Notes under the pieces: model-generated
What the model saw: only the letters and a program-made list of their open reading frames with translations
Databases searched by the model: none
What the model was told of the DNA's origin: nothing
Part shown: in pieces, positions 1 through 8,904 of the stretch
Layout of the letters: the number at the start of each line of letters is the position of its first letter
How positions within the stretch are numbered: the first letter of the stretch is position 1
IMG/VR virus record: IMGVR_UViG_3300027779_000011
Span: 1 to 64,000 of that record
DNA length: 64,000 nt
Origin: a virus
Strand: one strand, 5' to 3'
Position numbers and translations under genes: made by a program

Positions 1-1
1 A

Positions 2-244
2 AATGCAGTATTAGAAGGAGCGCTAGGAAGAAGTCATAGTTCATGGGATGATGCAATGAGTATAGCAAGAGGAGATGTAGATCTTCCTGATATAAAAGGA
101 TCCACACATTATTATTCTAAAAGTATCAATCCTCCATTCTGGGCAAAAGATACAGCAAATTGTTGGGAAAGACTATATGACGATAACTACCATGTGTTTG
201 GTAAAGATACCAGTGGACGATACGGTAACTGCCACCCAGAGTAA
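2..244 (+). CDS. Cell wall hydrolase (SleB/Hydrolase_2-like), C-terminal part; 5' end outside window
   Basis: Frame is open from position 2; GSTHYY..PFWA..HVF resembles the SleB C-terminus. Confidence 0.55.
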   Translation, partial: NAVLEGALGRSHSSWDDAMSIARGDVDLPDIKGSTHYYSKSINPPFWAKDTANCWERLYDDNYHVFGKDTSGRYGNCHPE

Positions 245-260
245 ATTAGGAGTAAGTTAT

Positions 261-902
261 ATGACTGATGAAGAAATAAAAATAATGCGCGATAGAATGG
301 ACGCAAACTATTTAGCGCATAGCCTCAGAAATAAAGAGGAAGAGTTTAGGCTGGCAGAGATGGGGATTGCGCCGTTTGTTCATCATATAACTGAAGCAGA
401 AAAAGTTCAGGTCTTAAGTGATTGGGCGGATAGATATGAGGAGATAGGCTTTTTCCTAGAGACTGGAACTAGAGAGGGAAATACGTTATTTGCAATGATG
501 GATAAATTTAAATATCTATATTCTGTTGAGCTAAATGAACGTTGGTATAATAAATCGATGAAAAAGTACAGAAAGAAAAAAAGCCCAAAGCATGTCAGAA
601 TAGAGCACGGAGATTGTTTATTATTTATTCCAAAGGTATTAGAGGAAACTAATGATAGGTGTTTTATTTGGCTAGATGCACATGGTAAACGTGGAACCCC
701 TATATTAGATGAGTTAAAGATTATATTTAATCATAGTATAAAAGATCATTTAATTGCTATAGACGACGCATATGAATTTAGCACGGGTCATTCAAATTAT
801 CCCAGTATATATCAGATTAGAGATTTAGCTCTAGAAAATGGATATAACTTTACAATGGAAAACGAAAGAGCCCCAGAGATTATGATTCTATATCCTCAGT
901 AA
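261..902 (+). CDS. Class I SAM-dependent methyltransferase-like protein
   Basis: FLETGT..GNT, YSVEL, HGD and FIWLDAH motifs; AGGAG upstream of ATG 261. Confidence 0.55.
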   Translation: MTDEEIKIMRDRMDANYLAHSLRNKEEEFRLAEMGIAPFVHHITEAEKVQVLSDWADRYEEIGFFLETGTREGNTLFAMMDKFKYLYSVELNERWYNKSMKKYRKKKSPKHVRIEHGDCLLFIPKVLEETNDRCFIWLDAHGKRGTPILDELKIIFNHSIKDHLIAIDDAYEFSTGHSNYPSIYQIRDLALENGYNFTMENERAPEIMILYPQ

Positions 903-942
903 ATTATATATATAAGAGACTTTTATATAGGATTATACATAA

Positions 943-970
943 GACCCAGCAAAACGCTGGGTTTTTTCTT
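943..970 (+). terminator. Intrinsic terminator
   Basis: CCCAGC-AAAAC-GCTGGG followed by T tract. Confidence 0.6.
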
Positions 971-1046
971 TATAAGGGTTATTTGTATATAGGGGGTAAG
1001 GATAACTGAGAAATAACGCGGAGACGGTGGGCGCAGCGCAGCGCGA

Positions 1047-1102
1047 GTGTGACGAACGTGTGACAATCATATAAGCATCAACCGTGTGACGATCCTGTGA
1101 CA
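1047..1102. repeat. Four TGTGAC direct repeats in two pairs spaced 11 bp
   Basis: TGTGAC at 1048, 1059, 1085, 1096. Confidence 0.7.
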
Positions 1103-1215
1103 TACAAACGTGAACACTTGACACAACAAAACATGATCGCTTTCGATATACTTTTATATAAGTTAGATATTTTTTTCTCCTGATATATACAGAGTTATCA
1201 AAAGGGAGAAACAAC

Positions 1216-2028
1216 ATGGGAAGCAAGAGCAAGCATCAGGTTCGTGGCGAGTCTCTACTGCGTGATCAGGGTTGCACTGATACCACTATCGGTGACCAAG
1301 TGGGTCTATTTGGTGACAAGGCTGGGGCGGCTTGCCATGTCAGCACCAAGCCAGCCCACTATCAGGCGGCTCAGAATGGCGGATCGATGGAAGGCCGTGG
1401 CCCCATCGTTGACTTTCGCTTGCCCGATGGTCGGTTTGCCGAGATCAAGTTTGGCAAGTCCAATACCTCCAGCGTTCCGTGGACTACCGGCACCGCCGAT
1501 CACCTCAACGCTGTGATCTGGGGCTGTGCCGCTGGCAATATCCTCACCGTCGTACTCACCGAGATCGGTGAGGGTCTGTGGCGGCGGGAGGTATACAACA
1601 CAAAGCCCCTTGCACTTGCGGCGATTGCTGCTTCTTCCGATGGTCAACCTCTCGTCGGTGAGTTCGATGTGGCAAGCGGCGGGAAAGGTAACGAGGGTTC
1701 GATCCCTTGGGCTGGTCAGTTCGGCAAGGGTCAAGGCCCGCTCCAGACTATCGGCTTCACTCGCCAGAAGTCAGGTCGCCGTCAGGCGGTGGATGCCAAT
1801 GGCAACCCTGTCACGGTCGAGGCCAAGGGCGCGAAGGCATACGTCAAGGGTCAGGGCTGGGTTCGCCCCACCGTTCAAAAGCCCGTGTGGGCGCGGAACG
1901 AAGATGGGTCGGTGGCCTACAAGTTTCGCCACTATGGAATGTGGCGGCACAACCTCTCCGCTCTGCGGAAAGCGGGTCTGGTCGAAACCACGGTTGTGCG
2001 CGAGGATGATCTCCTCACCGGGATCTGA
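1216..2028 (+). CDS. Hypothetical early protein, possible PD-(D/E)xK nuclease fold
   Basis: Motif B and GGGAGA SD upstream; VDF.....FAEIK motif. Confidence 0.5.
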   Translation: MGSKSKHQVRGESLLRDQGCTDTTIGDQVGLFGDKAGAACHVSTKPAHYQAAQNGGSMEGRGPIVDFRLPDGRFAEIKFGKSNTSSVPWTTGTADHLNAVIWGCAAGNILTVVLTEIGEGLWRREVYNTKPLALAAIAASSDGQPLVGEFDVASGGKGNEGSIPWAGQFGKGQGPLQTIGFTRQKSGRRQAVDANGNPVTVEAKGAKAYVKGQGWVRPTVQKPVWARNEDGSVAYKFRHYGMWRHNLSALRKAGLVETTVVREDDLLTGI

Positions 2029-2036
2029 TTCTGCCA

Positions 2037-2054
2037 GCCCCCCTTTCGGGGGGC
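2037..2054 (+). terminator. GC-rich hairpin ending the first unit
   Basis: GCCCCCC-TTTC-GGGGGGC directly before motif A. Confidence 0.55.
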
Positions 2055-2147
2055 CACCGGGAGAAAAGGTTTTCAAAAACCGAGCGACCTTGGAAAGTTA
2101 GATATTTTTTTTGATCCATATACACATGGATAAGAGAGGGAGGGACA

Positions 2148-2372
2148 ATGGCAAAGCGAAAGTCATCACAGCCGGTTCAAATAAAGAGGGTGATCAATCC
2201 CCTTTCCTTCACCGTCCAGGCTCCCAAGGGTCGCGATATTTTCATGCAAGCCTTGATCGCCCGCAAGGGTGCGGGTGCTGGCGCTCATCGGGCCAAGGCT
2301 TCTCGCGGGGATGGGTGTGGGAAGGGCAAGGCCGCCCGCCATCTAAAGCACAGGGGCCGCCGGGACTGGTAA
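2148..2372 (+). CDS. Small basic protein with weakly ArfA-like C-terminus
   Basis: Motif B and SD upstream; ends GKGKAARHLKHRGRRDW. Confidence 0.55.
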   Translation: MAKRKSSQPVQIKRVINPLSFTVQAPKGRDIFMQALIARKGAGAGAHRAKASRGDGCGKGKAARHLKHRGRRDW

Positions 2373-2430
2373 GAAGAACTCAGATATTTTTTATGATCGA
2401 TATATACACATGTATCAAAAGGGGATTCAA

Positions 2431-2847
2431 ATGACCTACACTACCGACGACATTCGCATGATTCTTGACACTAACCCTGACGCTGCCATGCGCGCGGTGT
2501 GTGCAATCTTCCGAAACCAGACGGGGTATGAGAAGTCCTGCCGTGCGACCGTGAACAAGAATGGGTACGGGTTCCGTGCGAATCACGCGAAGGCCGGATC
2601 GGATATGGCTCTCTGGATGACCCGTGGAAACCACGATGGTGTCATGCGCCGCCGAGTGGGTGGGACCGTGACTTACAACGGTCGGCAAGTTAGCCGCAAG
2701 TGGCTGGCCTATGAGATTGCAGGATGGTACAAGGAGCAGTTGGCGGTGGTTGCCAATCATGGATGCTTTGGTGACACGGGGCGAGAACGTGATCGTCGCT
2801 GGTGTGATGGCGCTTCGGATGTTCAGTGTGAAGAATACTATATCTAA
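2431..2847 (+). CDS. Hypothetical phage protein
   Basis: Motif B at 2377, AGGGG SD, ATG 2431. Confidence 0.7.
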   Translation: MTYTTDDIRMILDTNPDAAMRAVCAIFRNQTGYEKSCRATVNKNGYGFRANHAKAGSDMALWMTRGNHDGVMRRRVGGTVTYNGRQVSRKWLAYEIAGWYKEQLAVVANHGCFGDTGRERDRRWCDGASDVQCEEYYI

Positions 2848-2894
2848 GATATTTTTTTGAACGCAAATACATTAGACTACAATGGGGGCTAAAA

Positions 2895-3146
2895 ATGGAC
2901 GAGCGACAGGAGATTCAGAATACTCTCGACGAAGCATGGTTCGACCTGCTCTCGGAGGGGGCCGACTCCAAGGCTGTCAGGATTGACAGTGGCAGTCGAA
3001 AGTTTGGCGCGGGGCTGGCGACGATCAACACGAATGGAAGTGTGCAGGTTGGCAAGTGTACCTTTCGAGATTCGGTTCAGGCTGCGGATTTTGTGGTCAC
3101 CGGCCACGCATGTAACTTTCTCAAGAAGGAGGATGACCCAGAATGA
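2895..3146 (+). CDS. Hypothetical protein
   Basis: Motif B at 2843, SD. Confidence 0.65.
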   Translation: MDERQEIQNTLDEAWFDLLSEGADSKAVRIDSGSRKFGAGLATINTNGSVQVGKCTFRDSVQAADFVVTGHACNFLKKEDDPE

Positions 3147-3517
3147 GCAAACGTAAAGATTGGAAAGGGACCGAGCCGGTTGTCAGATCGCCGGATGGAC
3201 ACCGCCGCAAGCGGGAGTATGATGCCATGACCCCAGAGGAAAAAAAGGTTGTCCATCGGAGGCAGTTTGTTTCTTGGTTGAAAATGTTTCAGGGTTCCGA
3301 GGCGGTCATGCACATCGACGGAAAGGCCCAGACTCACAGCCCGATGACCAAAGAGGAGGCGGATTTGCACCTCGCAGTTTTCGATGGAGAGGTAGAGGTT
3401 ACCCCAGAGATTCGTTTGCGCTTCGCACAGTATGAGGCTCTGCGATTTCCTAACTCAAAAAAATGCACAGCAAAAATGTGGAAGGCTATGGAGGCTGTGA
3501 AAGATTCCGAGAAGTAG
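3143..3517 (+). CDS. Hypothetical protein
   Basis: ATGA overlap with the upstream gene; ends before motif A. Confidence 0.65.
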   Translation: MSKRKDWKGTEPVVRSPDGHRRKREYDAMTPEEKKVVHRRQFVSWLKMFQGSEAVMHIDGKAQTHSPMTKEEADLHLAVFDGEVEVTPEIRLRFAQYEALRFPNSKKCTAKMWKAMEAVKDSEK

Positions 3518-3559
3518 GCACGGGGCCACTCCCTTCGGGAGAAAAGGTTTACAAAAAAC

Positions 3560-3718
3560 AAAAAAAAGAAGGAAGGAGCGGCCCTAACCATCTCCCTTCC
3601 AGAAACTCTCGGGCCATTAGGGTGGTTCCAAGATGCCCCGCTGTTGTCCGAGTCGCCTACCGCGCACACCCTATGGGTATTGGGAGTTGCACCCACCGAT
3701 TTCCTCAACTGCCTCCTA
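3560..3718 (-). ncRNA. Candidate structured ncRNA of about 160 nt
   Basis: Own motif B promoter (- strand, 3727-3756), several stems, terminator-like end, no credible ORF. Confidence 0.45.
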
Positions 3719-3882
3719 TGATTCTTTATATTTTGAATAAAAAATATATCTCAGTTTTTCGGGCAGCCCGCCCCCGAGAGATTTCAAATCGGGAGAAAAA
3801 GTTTTCAAAAAAGGCCCGATTGAACAAAGGTTAGATATTTTTTATGATCGCAATATACATGGGTACCAAAGGGGGGAACCAA

Positions 3883-4761
3883 ATGAGTTCTTATAGCGAC
3901 AGTATCCGCGACGAGATTACCAGTCATTTTATCGCCGCTCTTGAGAAGGGCGATATTCCCTGGCACCGTCCGTGGAACGGGGTGAACACCCTTCCTCACA
4001 ACTGGACTACTGGTAGGCAGTACCGTGGTATGTTCAACCCCATCTGTCTTATGATGGTCGAGAACGCCCGTGGATTTGGCGACTCCCGCTGGGGTGGTAA
4101 GAGTCAAGTTCTCAAGGCTGGTGGTCGCATCCTTCGCGATGAGTTTAGCAAGCCCACCAAGATCCTTGCCCCAATCCTCAAGCCCACCGGAGAGGTGGGG
4201 CCGAACGGAAAGCCAAAGCTGGAGTGCCGTGGATGGCGCGTGGTCAAGGTTTGGAACGCTGCACAGTGTGAGGGCGTCCCGGTAGTGGAGGAAGCCGAAC
4301 CTGTCGATCCATCGGTTGGATTCGAGAAGGCTTCCGCTCTCTCTGTCGCCTCTGGCGCTGACATCAAGCATGGTGGAAATGTGGCTTGCTACCGTCCGAT
4401 CGATGATAACATCAGCCTTCCAAAGCCCGGTGCCTTCAAGTCTGTCAGCCACTACTGGTCTACGCACCTTCACGAGCTTGGCCATTGGACTGGCCACCAA
4501 TCTCGATTGAGCAGGAAGGGGATTACGGCAGGTGCCATGGGTAAGACCCGCGAAACCTATGCTTTTGAGGAGTTGGTTGCGGAAATGTCCTCCGCCATGA
4601 CTTGCCACACGCTCGGCATTGACGCGCCTGAGCTTATGGAGGGCCATGAGGCTTACATCAACAACTGGATTCGCACGCTCAAGAGTGATCCGAAGGCTCT
4701 CCAGCGGGCCGGATCTCAGGCTCAGAAGGCTATGGATTATCTTCTGAAAAATGTCAAGTAA
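3883..4761 (+). CDS. ardC: ArdC-family antirestriction / ssDNA-binding protein with zincin-like domain
   Basis: LEKGDIPWHRPW, N.TTGRQYRG.FN, HELGHWTGH.SRL.R, YAFEELVAEM. Confidence 0.88.
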   Translation: MSSYSDSIRDEITSHFIAALEKGDIPWHRPWNGVNTLPHNWTTGRQYRGMFNPICLMMVENARGFGDSRWGGKSQVLKAGGRILRDEFSKPTKILAPILKPTGEVGPNGKPKLECRGWRVVKVWNAAQCEGVPVVEEAEPVDPSVGFEKASALSVASGADIKHGGNVACYRPIDDNISLPKPGAFKSVSHYWSTHLHELGHWTGHQSRLSRKGITAGAMGKTRETYAFEELVAEMSSAMTCHTLGIDAPELMEGHEAYINNWIRTLKSDPKALQRAGSQAQKAMDYLLKNVK

Positions 4762-4767
4762 AAACCG

Positions 4768-4783
4768 AGGGGCTTCGGCCCCT
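4768..4783 (+). terminator. Hairpin with UUCG loop after ardC
   Basis: AGGGGC-TTCG-GCCCCT. Confidence 0.55.
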
Positions 4784-4902
4784 GGTATTTCGCAAACCTT
4801 TTCTCCCGATTAGAATACCGACTGGGCCATGTCCATGAGACGAAGATAAGTTAGATATTTTTTATAAATAAAGTATGTTTACGCATACACAGGAGTTTTC
4901 AA

Positions 4903-5346
4903 ATGTTTGGTAAAAAGTTTTTTGAGCGTGTTGTCTGTGCCGATGGCTTCTCTGTGAGCGTGCAAGCGAGCAGTTTCAACTACTGCTCTCCGCGAACGGA
5001 TGAAGGCCCGTGGGAGAGTGTGGAGTGTGGCTTCCCCACCAAAGAAGGGGGTCCGGCTTTGGAGAAATATGCAGAAGATCCCGGTGCTGGCACTACAAGG
5101 GTCGGCCCCCATGGTGAGGATATTGAGACTGGACAGGTCCAGACGGTTTACGGCTGGGTTCCAAGTCAGGTCGTTATGCAGATCATCGAGTCGCACGGCG
5201 GGATGGTCAGTGGCGAGTTGCCAGAAATGGTGCCGGAGGAATATTCCGATCCAGAACAGGATGGGATTGACGCAACCGAGGCTGCGAAAGAAATGATGGA
5301 TGCAGCCGGAGCCTTGTTCATCATGACTGGCGGCTGGGAGGGATAA
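4903..5346 (+). CDS. Hypothetical phage protein
   Basis: Motif B at 4848, AGGAG SD; CADGFSVSVQAS..YCSPR. Confidence 0.7.
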   Translation: MFGKKFFERVVCADGFSVSVQASSFNYCSPRTDEGPWESVECGFPTKEGGPALEKYAEDPGAGTTRVGPHGEDIETGQVQTVYGWVPSQVVMQIIESHGGMVSGELPEMVPEEYSDPEQDGIDATEAAKEMMDAAGALFIMTGGWEG

Positions 5347-5349
5347 AAA

Positions 5350-5484
5350 ATGTTTGAACTTATAGAACCCTTGCTGTGGATGGCTGCTTGCTGGGCTTGC
5401 GGCATCCTTACGGGCCTTGGACTTGGGACGGCCATTACCTTGCAGCGATTGGCTCGCAGCAAGGCCAACGAAGCCTCGATTTGA
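5350..5484 (+). CDS. Small membrane protein (44 aa, not in ORF track)
   Basis: GGAGG SD; MFELIEPLLWMAACWACGILTGLGLGTAITLQR. Confidence 0.55.
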   Translation: MFELIEPLLWMAACWACGILTGLGLGTAITLQRLARSKANEASI

Positions 5485-5595
5485 TTCGGGGCTTCGGCTC
5501 TTCCATTTTTGTAAACTTTTTCTCCCCATCGAGCGTATAATATAAAGTTGGATACTTTTTTATTCCGAAGTATAAAGGAATGAAGGGAGGATAAT

Positions 5596-6228
5596 ATGAA
5601 GATTCTACACTCATCGGACCTCCACAGCCACTACGAAGGGCTGTCCTCCTTCTCAGATTTTGATCTATGGATTGACACTGGAGATTTTTTCCCAAACAAA
5701 ACTCGCGGCGACCGAGAGGTGGAGGTAGGGTTTCAAAAGGAGTGGGCTGGATCGAACAATCTTGGAGAGCTTCTGGCAAAGTGGCTTGACGGTCGCCCAC
5801 TGGTTTCTATCGGTGGAAATCACGATTATACCTCGCTGGCCAATCTTGTTAGAGAATCTGGAGGGGAGGCGTTCGATCTTTCCGAAGGTCCGGTCGAGAT
5901 TGCTGGCATGACTTTTGCAGGGTTTAGAGAAATCCCTTGGATTTTTGGAGAATGGAATGGAGAAACCCACGATCTATCCAATCTGGTTCGTAATGCTATT
6001 GGGGCTGATCCTGATATACTTGTCACTCACGCTCCTCCCGCTGGGATCTTGGATACTCGACAATATCGAGGTGGTATCGAAGGCCTTACTATGGCTCTGA
6101 ACTATCAGCCCCATCGAATCAAGTACCATTTTTTCGGTCATATCCATGGAAATGGCGGGAAAGCTGTGGACGAAATGGGCATCAAGTTTGTCAATGGAGC
6201 AAACCACATTAGGCTTTGGGGCATTTAG
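5596..6228 (+). CDS. Calcineurin-like metallophosphoesterase
   Basis: SDLH, GD, GGNHD, THAPP and FGHIH motifs. Confidence 0.9.
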   Translation: MKILHSSDLHSHYEGLSSFSDFDLWIDTGDFFPNKTRGDREVEVGFQKEWAGSNNLGELLAKWLDGRPLVSIGGNHDYTSLANLVRESGGEAFDLSEGPVEIAGMTFAGFREIPWIFGEWNGETHDLSNLVRNAIGADPDILVTHAPPAGILDTRQYRGGIEGLTMALNYQPHRIKYHFFGHIHGNGGKAVDEMGIKFVNGANHIRLWGI

Positions 6229-6274
6229 CCCCGCCCTTTCGGGAGAAAAAGTTTGCAAAAAAAGCAAAGCAGAA

Positions 6275-6512
6275 AAACCCCTCCCCGTTTGGGGAGAGGG
6301 GCAGCGGGGAAACGATGAGTTCGGTTAGCGCAGCTTGTGTGCAAAACAGGATCGGAATAGATTGCTATTTGAGAAGTGAGTAGTTCGCGACCTACCAAAT
6401 CTCGTTACATCCCTCGGCCTCTTAGTTTGCCTTGCCATCTTACTTTCATCGTTTCCCCGCTGGGAGCTTTTCTTAGAAGCCTAACCAGCTGGGTTTGTTT
6501 CCTCCTTGCTCT
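6275..6512 (-). ncRNA. Candidate rod-shaped ncRNA (about 235-nt transcript, 161-nt domain closed by a 17-bp stem)
   Basis: Motif B at 6519-6551 (-); perfect inverted repeat 6302-6318/6446-6462; terminator 6273-6301; no sizeable ORF. Confidence 0.55.
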
Positions 6513-6682
6513 AACCCTATATACTTTAGTTATAAAAAATATCTTAGTTTTCACCAGGTCGCTGACGGCGACAGCCAGGCCCATCCAATCGGGAGAAAAG
6601 GTTTACAAAAAGAACTGAAGGTGAGAAAAGTTAGATATTTTTTATAATCACAATATAAAGAGGTATCAAAAGGAGAATCAGA

Positions 6683-7150
6683 ATGAACAATCTTTCCGCA
6701 ATCAACGCCCTCGCTCTTTCCATCGCTGGCAAGCAAGGTGCAAAGTCCAGTCGCCCCGATGCTGGTGATTATCACGTTGGCTTTGAAGTCAGTTTTGATG
6801 ATGGGCAGTTTCTTCGGGTCAATGGCCCCGTTCGTCAGGGCGAGGATTACGATCAGGCCGTTTGGCAGAGCGTCCCGTGGCAGATGATTGCCGCCGTGCT
6901 ATTCAGCAAGACCAATGGGGTTACGATGGAGGCTGTAATGCGCGAGTCTTTGGAGTTGGTGGCGGGGGGCAAGCTCCCCGGCTATGTTGCGAACCCCGAC
7001 GATATTGACGAGGAAACGAAGCGTCCCAAGGTGATGCGGATCAAGGATGCTGCTTCTTTGGCAGTCAAGGCACTGACCGAGCAGACCACCAAGCCCTTCA
7101 AGGGTAAGGCTACCAACGGGCTGGTCTACTCTGGTCCTCGGGAGGGATGA
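6683..7150 (+). CDS. Hypothetical protein
   Basis: Motifs A and B plus AGGAG SD. Confidence 0.75.
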   Translation: MNNLSAINALALSIAGKQGAKSSRPDAGDYHVGFEVSFDDGQFLRVNGPVRQGEDYDQAVWQSVPWQMIAAVLFSKTNGVTMEAVMRESLELVAGGKLPGYVANPDDIDEETKRPKVMRIKDAASLAVKALTEQTTKPFKGKATNGLVYSGPREG

Positions 7151-7257
7151 GGGATAAATCGCACCACGTGCGACCGATGACAGGCCGGGGGAAAAATAGC
7201 CTGTCACCCTACCCTTATTTCGCCAACCTTTTCTCCCCACCTATTTATGGAGTATCC

Positions 7258-7479
7258 ATGTATAAAGCATCTACACTGATCGGAACCAAAGCCAAGAATC
7301 ACGCTCGCACGCCAACTCAGTTGTGGGGTATGGGCCTTAGCCCCGAGGAGGTCGAGCGTGTGTTCATAGTTGAGGTGTGGGGTTCTGGCATTATGGATCC
7401 CGGTCCTGATTTTACTGAGCATCGTGCGCTCGACAACAGTGGCTCCATTATTGCCACTCACCAAATGGATGGGTATTGA
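7258..7479 (+). CDS. Hypothetical protein
   Basis: GGAG SD before ATG 7258. Confidence 0.6.
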   Translation: MYKASTLIGTKAKNHARTPTQLWGMGLSPEEVERVFIVEVWGSGIMDPGPDFTEHRALDNSGSIIATHQMDGY

Positions 7480-7547
7480 TTCTTGATTCGCCATGAAATA
7501 TTAGATATTTTTTTTGATTCAAATATGTATACGTACAAGAGGGATGA

Positions 7548-7754
7548 ATGGACGGAGATAGCCAACAACAGAAGATGACCGATCTTATCATTTTCATCGG
7601 AATGGGGCTTGCGATTGGGTTCGCGTGGTTCAAGGTATATGCCGAGCCGAGAGAACAGTTTATTGTGCAGGTTATGGACTGCATGGCTGAGAATGGCGAT
7701 ATTCACTCAGAACTTATGTATGAAAACTGCGCGAAAGAAGTGCGAGGCAAATGA
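7548..7754 (+). CDS. Small membrane protein
   Basis: Motif B at 7498; one hydrophobic segment. Confidence 0.6.
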   Translation: MDGDSQQQKMTDLIIFIGMGLAIGFAWFKVYAEPREQFIVQVMDCMAENGDIHSELMYENCAKEVRGK

Positions 7755-7884
7755 ATGTTTGGAATAAGATTCGGATATGCGTATGATCGATCAAGAACTC
7801 AAGATATTATTGAGAGAATGAAGAAAAGAAACAAAGATCAGCGAGAGCTTGAAAAGAATGAAAAGAAAGAAAAGCAACCAGTAA

Positions 7885-7961
7885 TGGGGTGAGGCGTCAC
7901 AGGCAGACGCACTCGGCTGTTACCCGAGATGTTGTTGGTTCGAGTCCAACCGCCCCAGCCA
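7885..7961 (+). tRNA. tRNA-Asn(GTT), atypical D-arm
   Basis: TGGGGTG/CGCCCCA acceptor stem, CTCGG-CTGTTAC-CCGAG anticodon arm, GTTCGAGT T-loop, encoded CCA. Confidence 0.8.
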
Positions 7962-8080
7962 TATAGGAGGTTTAGCATGACCTGGAACCGATTTTTGAAA
8001 ACGAAACTTGTGGAACGACAGTACACTAACAGGCAAGTGCTTGTGATTGCTTGTGTGGCACTGGCATTGGGAGCTATTTC

Positions 8081-8302
8081 ATGTTGAGAGGAACTGAACT
8101 ATATAGCAATACCGTTCGCTCTGTTGGGGAACTTATTGTGAGTGGATTCTGGTATAGTGATGCGTGTGAAGCCATGTGGGTCATTCTTGGACTGACAGGG
8201 GAATCAGCGCCAGATGTCTGGTGGGACTTGTTTGAGCTTGACGTAAACGCATATACAGATGGTAGAAAAGTATCTATCCCGAAATATAAGACTATCTTTT
8301 AG
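8081..8302 (+). CDS. Hypothetical protein
   Basis: GGAG SD; ends just before motif A at 8309. Confidence 0.55.
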   Translation: MLRGTELYSNTVRSVGELIVSGFWYSDACEAMWVILGLTGESAPDVWWDLFELDVNAYTDGRKVSIPKYKTIF

Positions 8303-8342
8303 TCTTACCGGGAGAAAAAGTTTACAAAACACATATGTGCGC

Positions 8343-8522
8343 TCATAAGTAAGCACCGTTTCTGCGATGCCACACTCTTTCTCGCTCACATTCCACTCGA
8401 CACTCTTTTGCGTCTTCATAGATTTCGGCCAAGCCTTTATCGCTGGGGTATGGGTTTTGAATCCCCTCAAATCCCGCATCCCATGCTTTTTCTTCTTCTT
8501 TGGTAACAATATAGAGCCTCAT
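8343..8522 (-). CDS. Hypothetical protein (59 aa, not in ORF track)
   Basis: ATGA-coupled to 8519-8731; MRLYIVTKEEEKAWDAGFEG. Confidence 0.6.
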   Translation of the reverse strand: MRLYIVTKEEEKAWDAGFEGIQNPYPSDKGLAEIYEDAKECRVECERERVWHRRNGAYL

Positions 8523-8731
8523 TTTAGGCGCCTACAAACCAACTCTTGATGAATAACCCCGTCAATAGCCCCCTTCATAACGGTCTGGAGATCACGAAGA
8601 TCGACGGGTCCATCCAGTTCTGCTTCTTTTATGGCAAATCGAACTACATCAGAAAATGAGTTACAAATAGCACTCGCATCATCAGTCCACTCTGAGTCGC
8701 CACTGGGCCGACGAATAAAAAGCTGAGTCAT
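8519..8731 (-). CDS. Hypothetical protein
   Basis: Reverse motif B at 8757, AAGGAGG SD. Confidence 0.7.
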   Translation of the reverse strand: MTQLFIRRPSGDSEWTDDASAICNSFSDVVRFAIKEAELDGPVDLRDLQTVMKGAIDGVIHQELVCRRLK

Positions 8732-8904
8732 ATAATCATCCCTCCTTACAAGTTCTTATATTACGATTATAAAAAATATCTCGCCTTTTGCTCCTGAGTC
8801 CGGGCGCCGCTGAACCGGGAGAAAAAGTTTGCAAAAAGGTCCATCATTTCAAAACTCAGATATTTTTTATAATCGCAATATAATGAGGTATAAGAAAGGA
8901 GAAT

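Noticed and set aside
1244-2101. Several overlapping alternative-frame ORFs
   Set aside because: Artefacts of GC-rich coding DNA with few stop codons; no SD or promoter
3334-3834. ORFs 3334-3708 (-) and 3463-3834 (+)
   Set aside because: They run through a terminator, motifs A/B and a real gene; likely shadow ORFs
6302-6462. Retron msr/msd, with the 17-bp inverted repeat as a1/a2
   Set aside because: No reverse transcriptase in the window; the neighbouring genes belong to separate units
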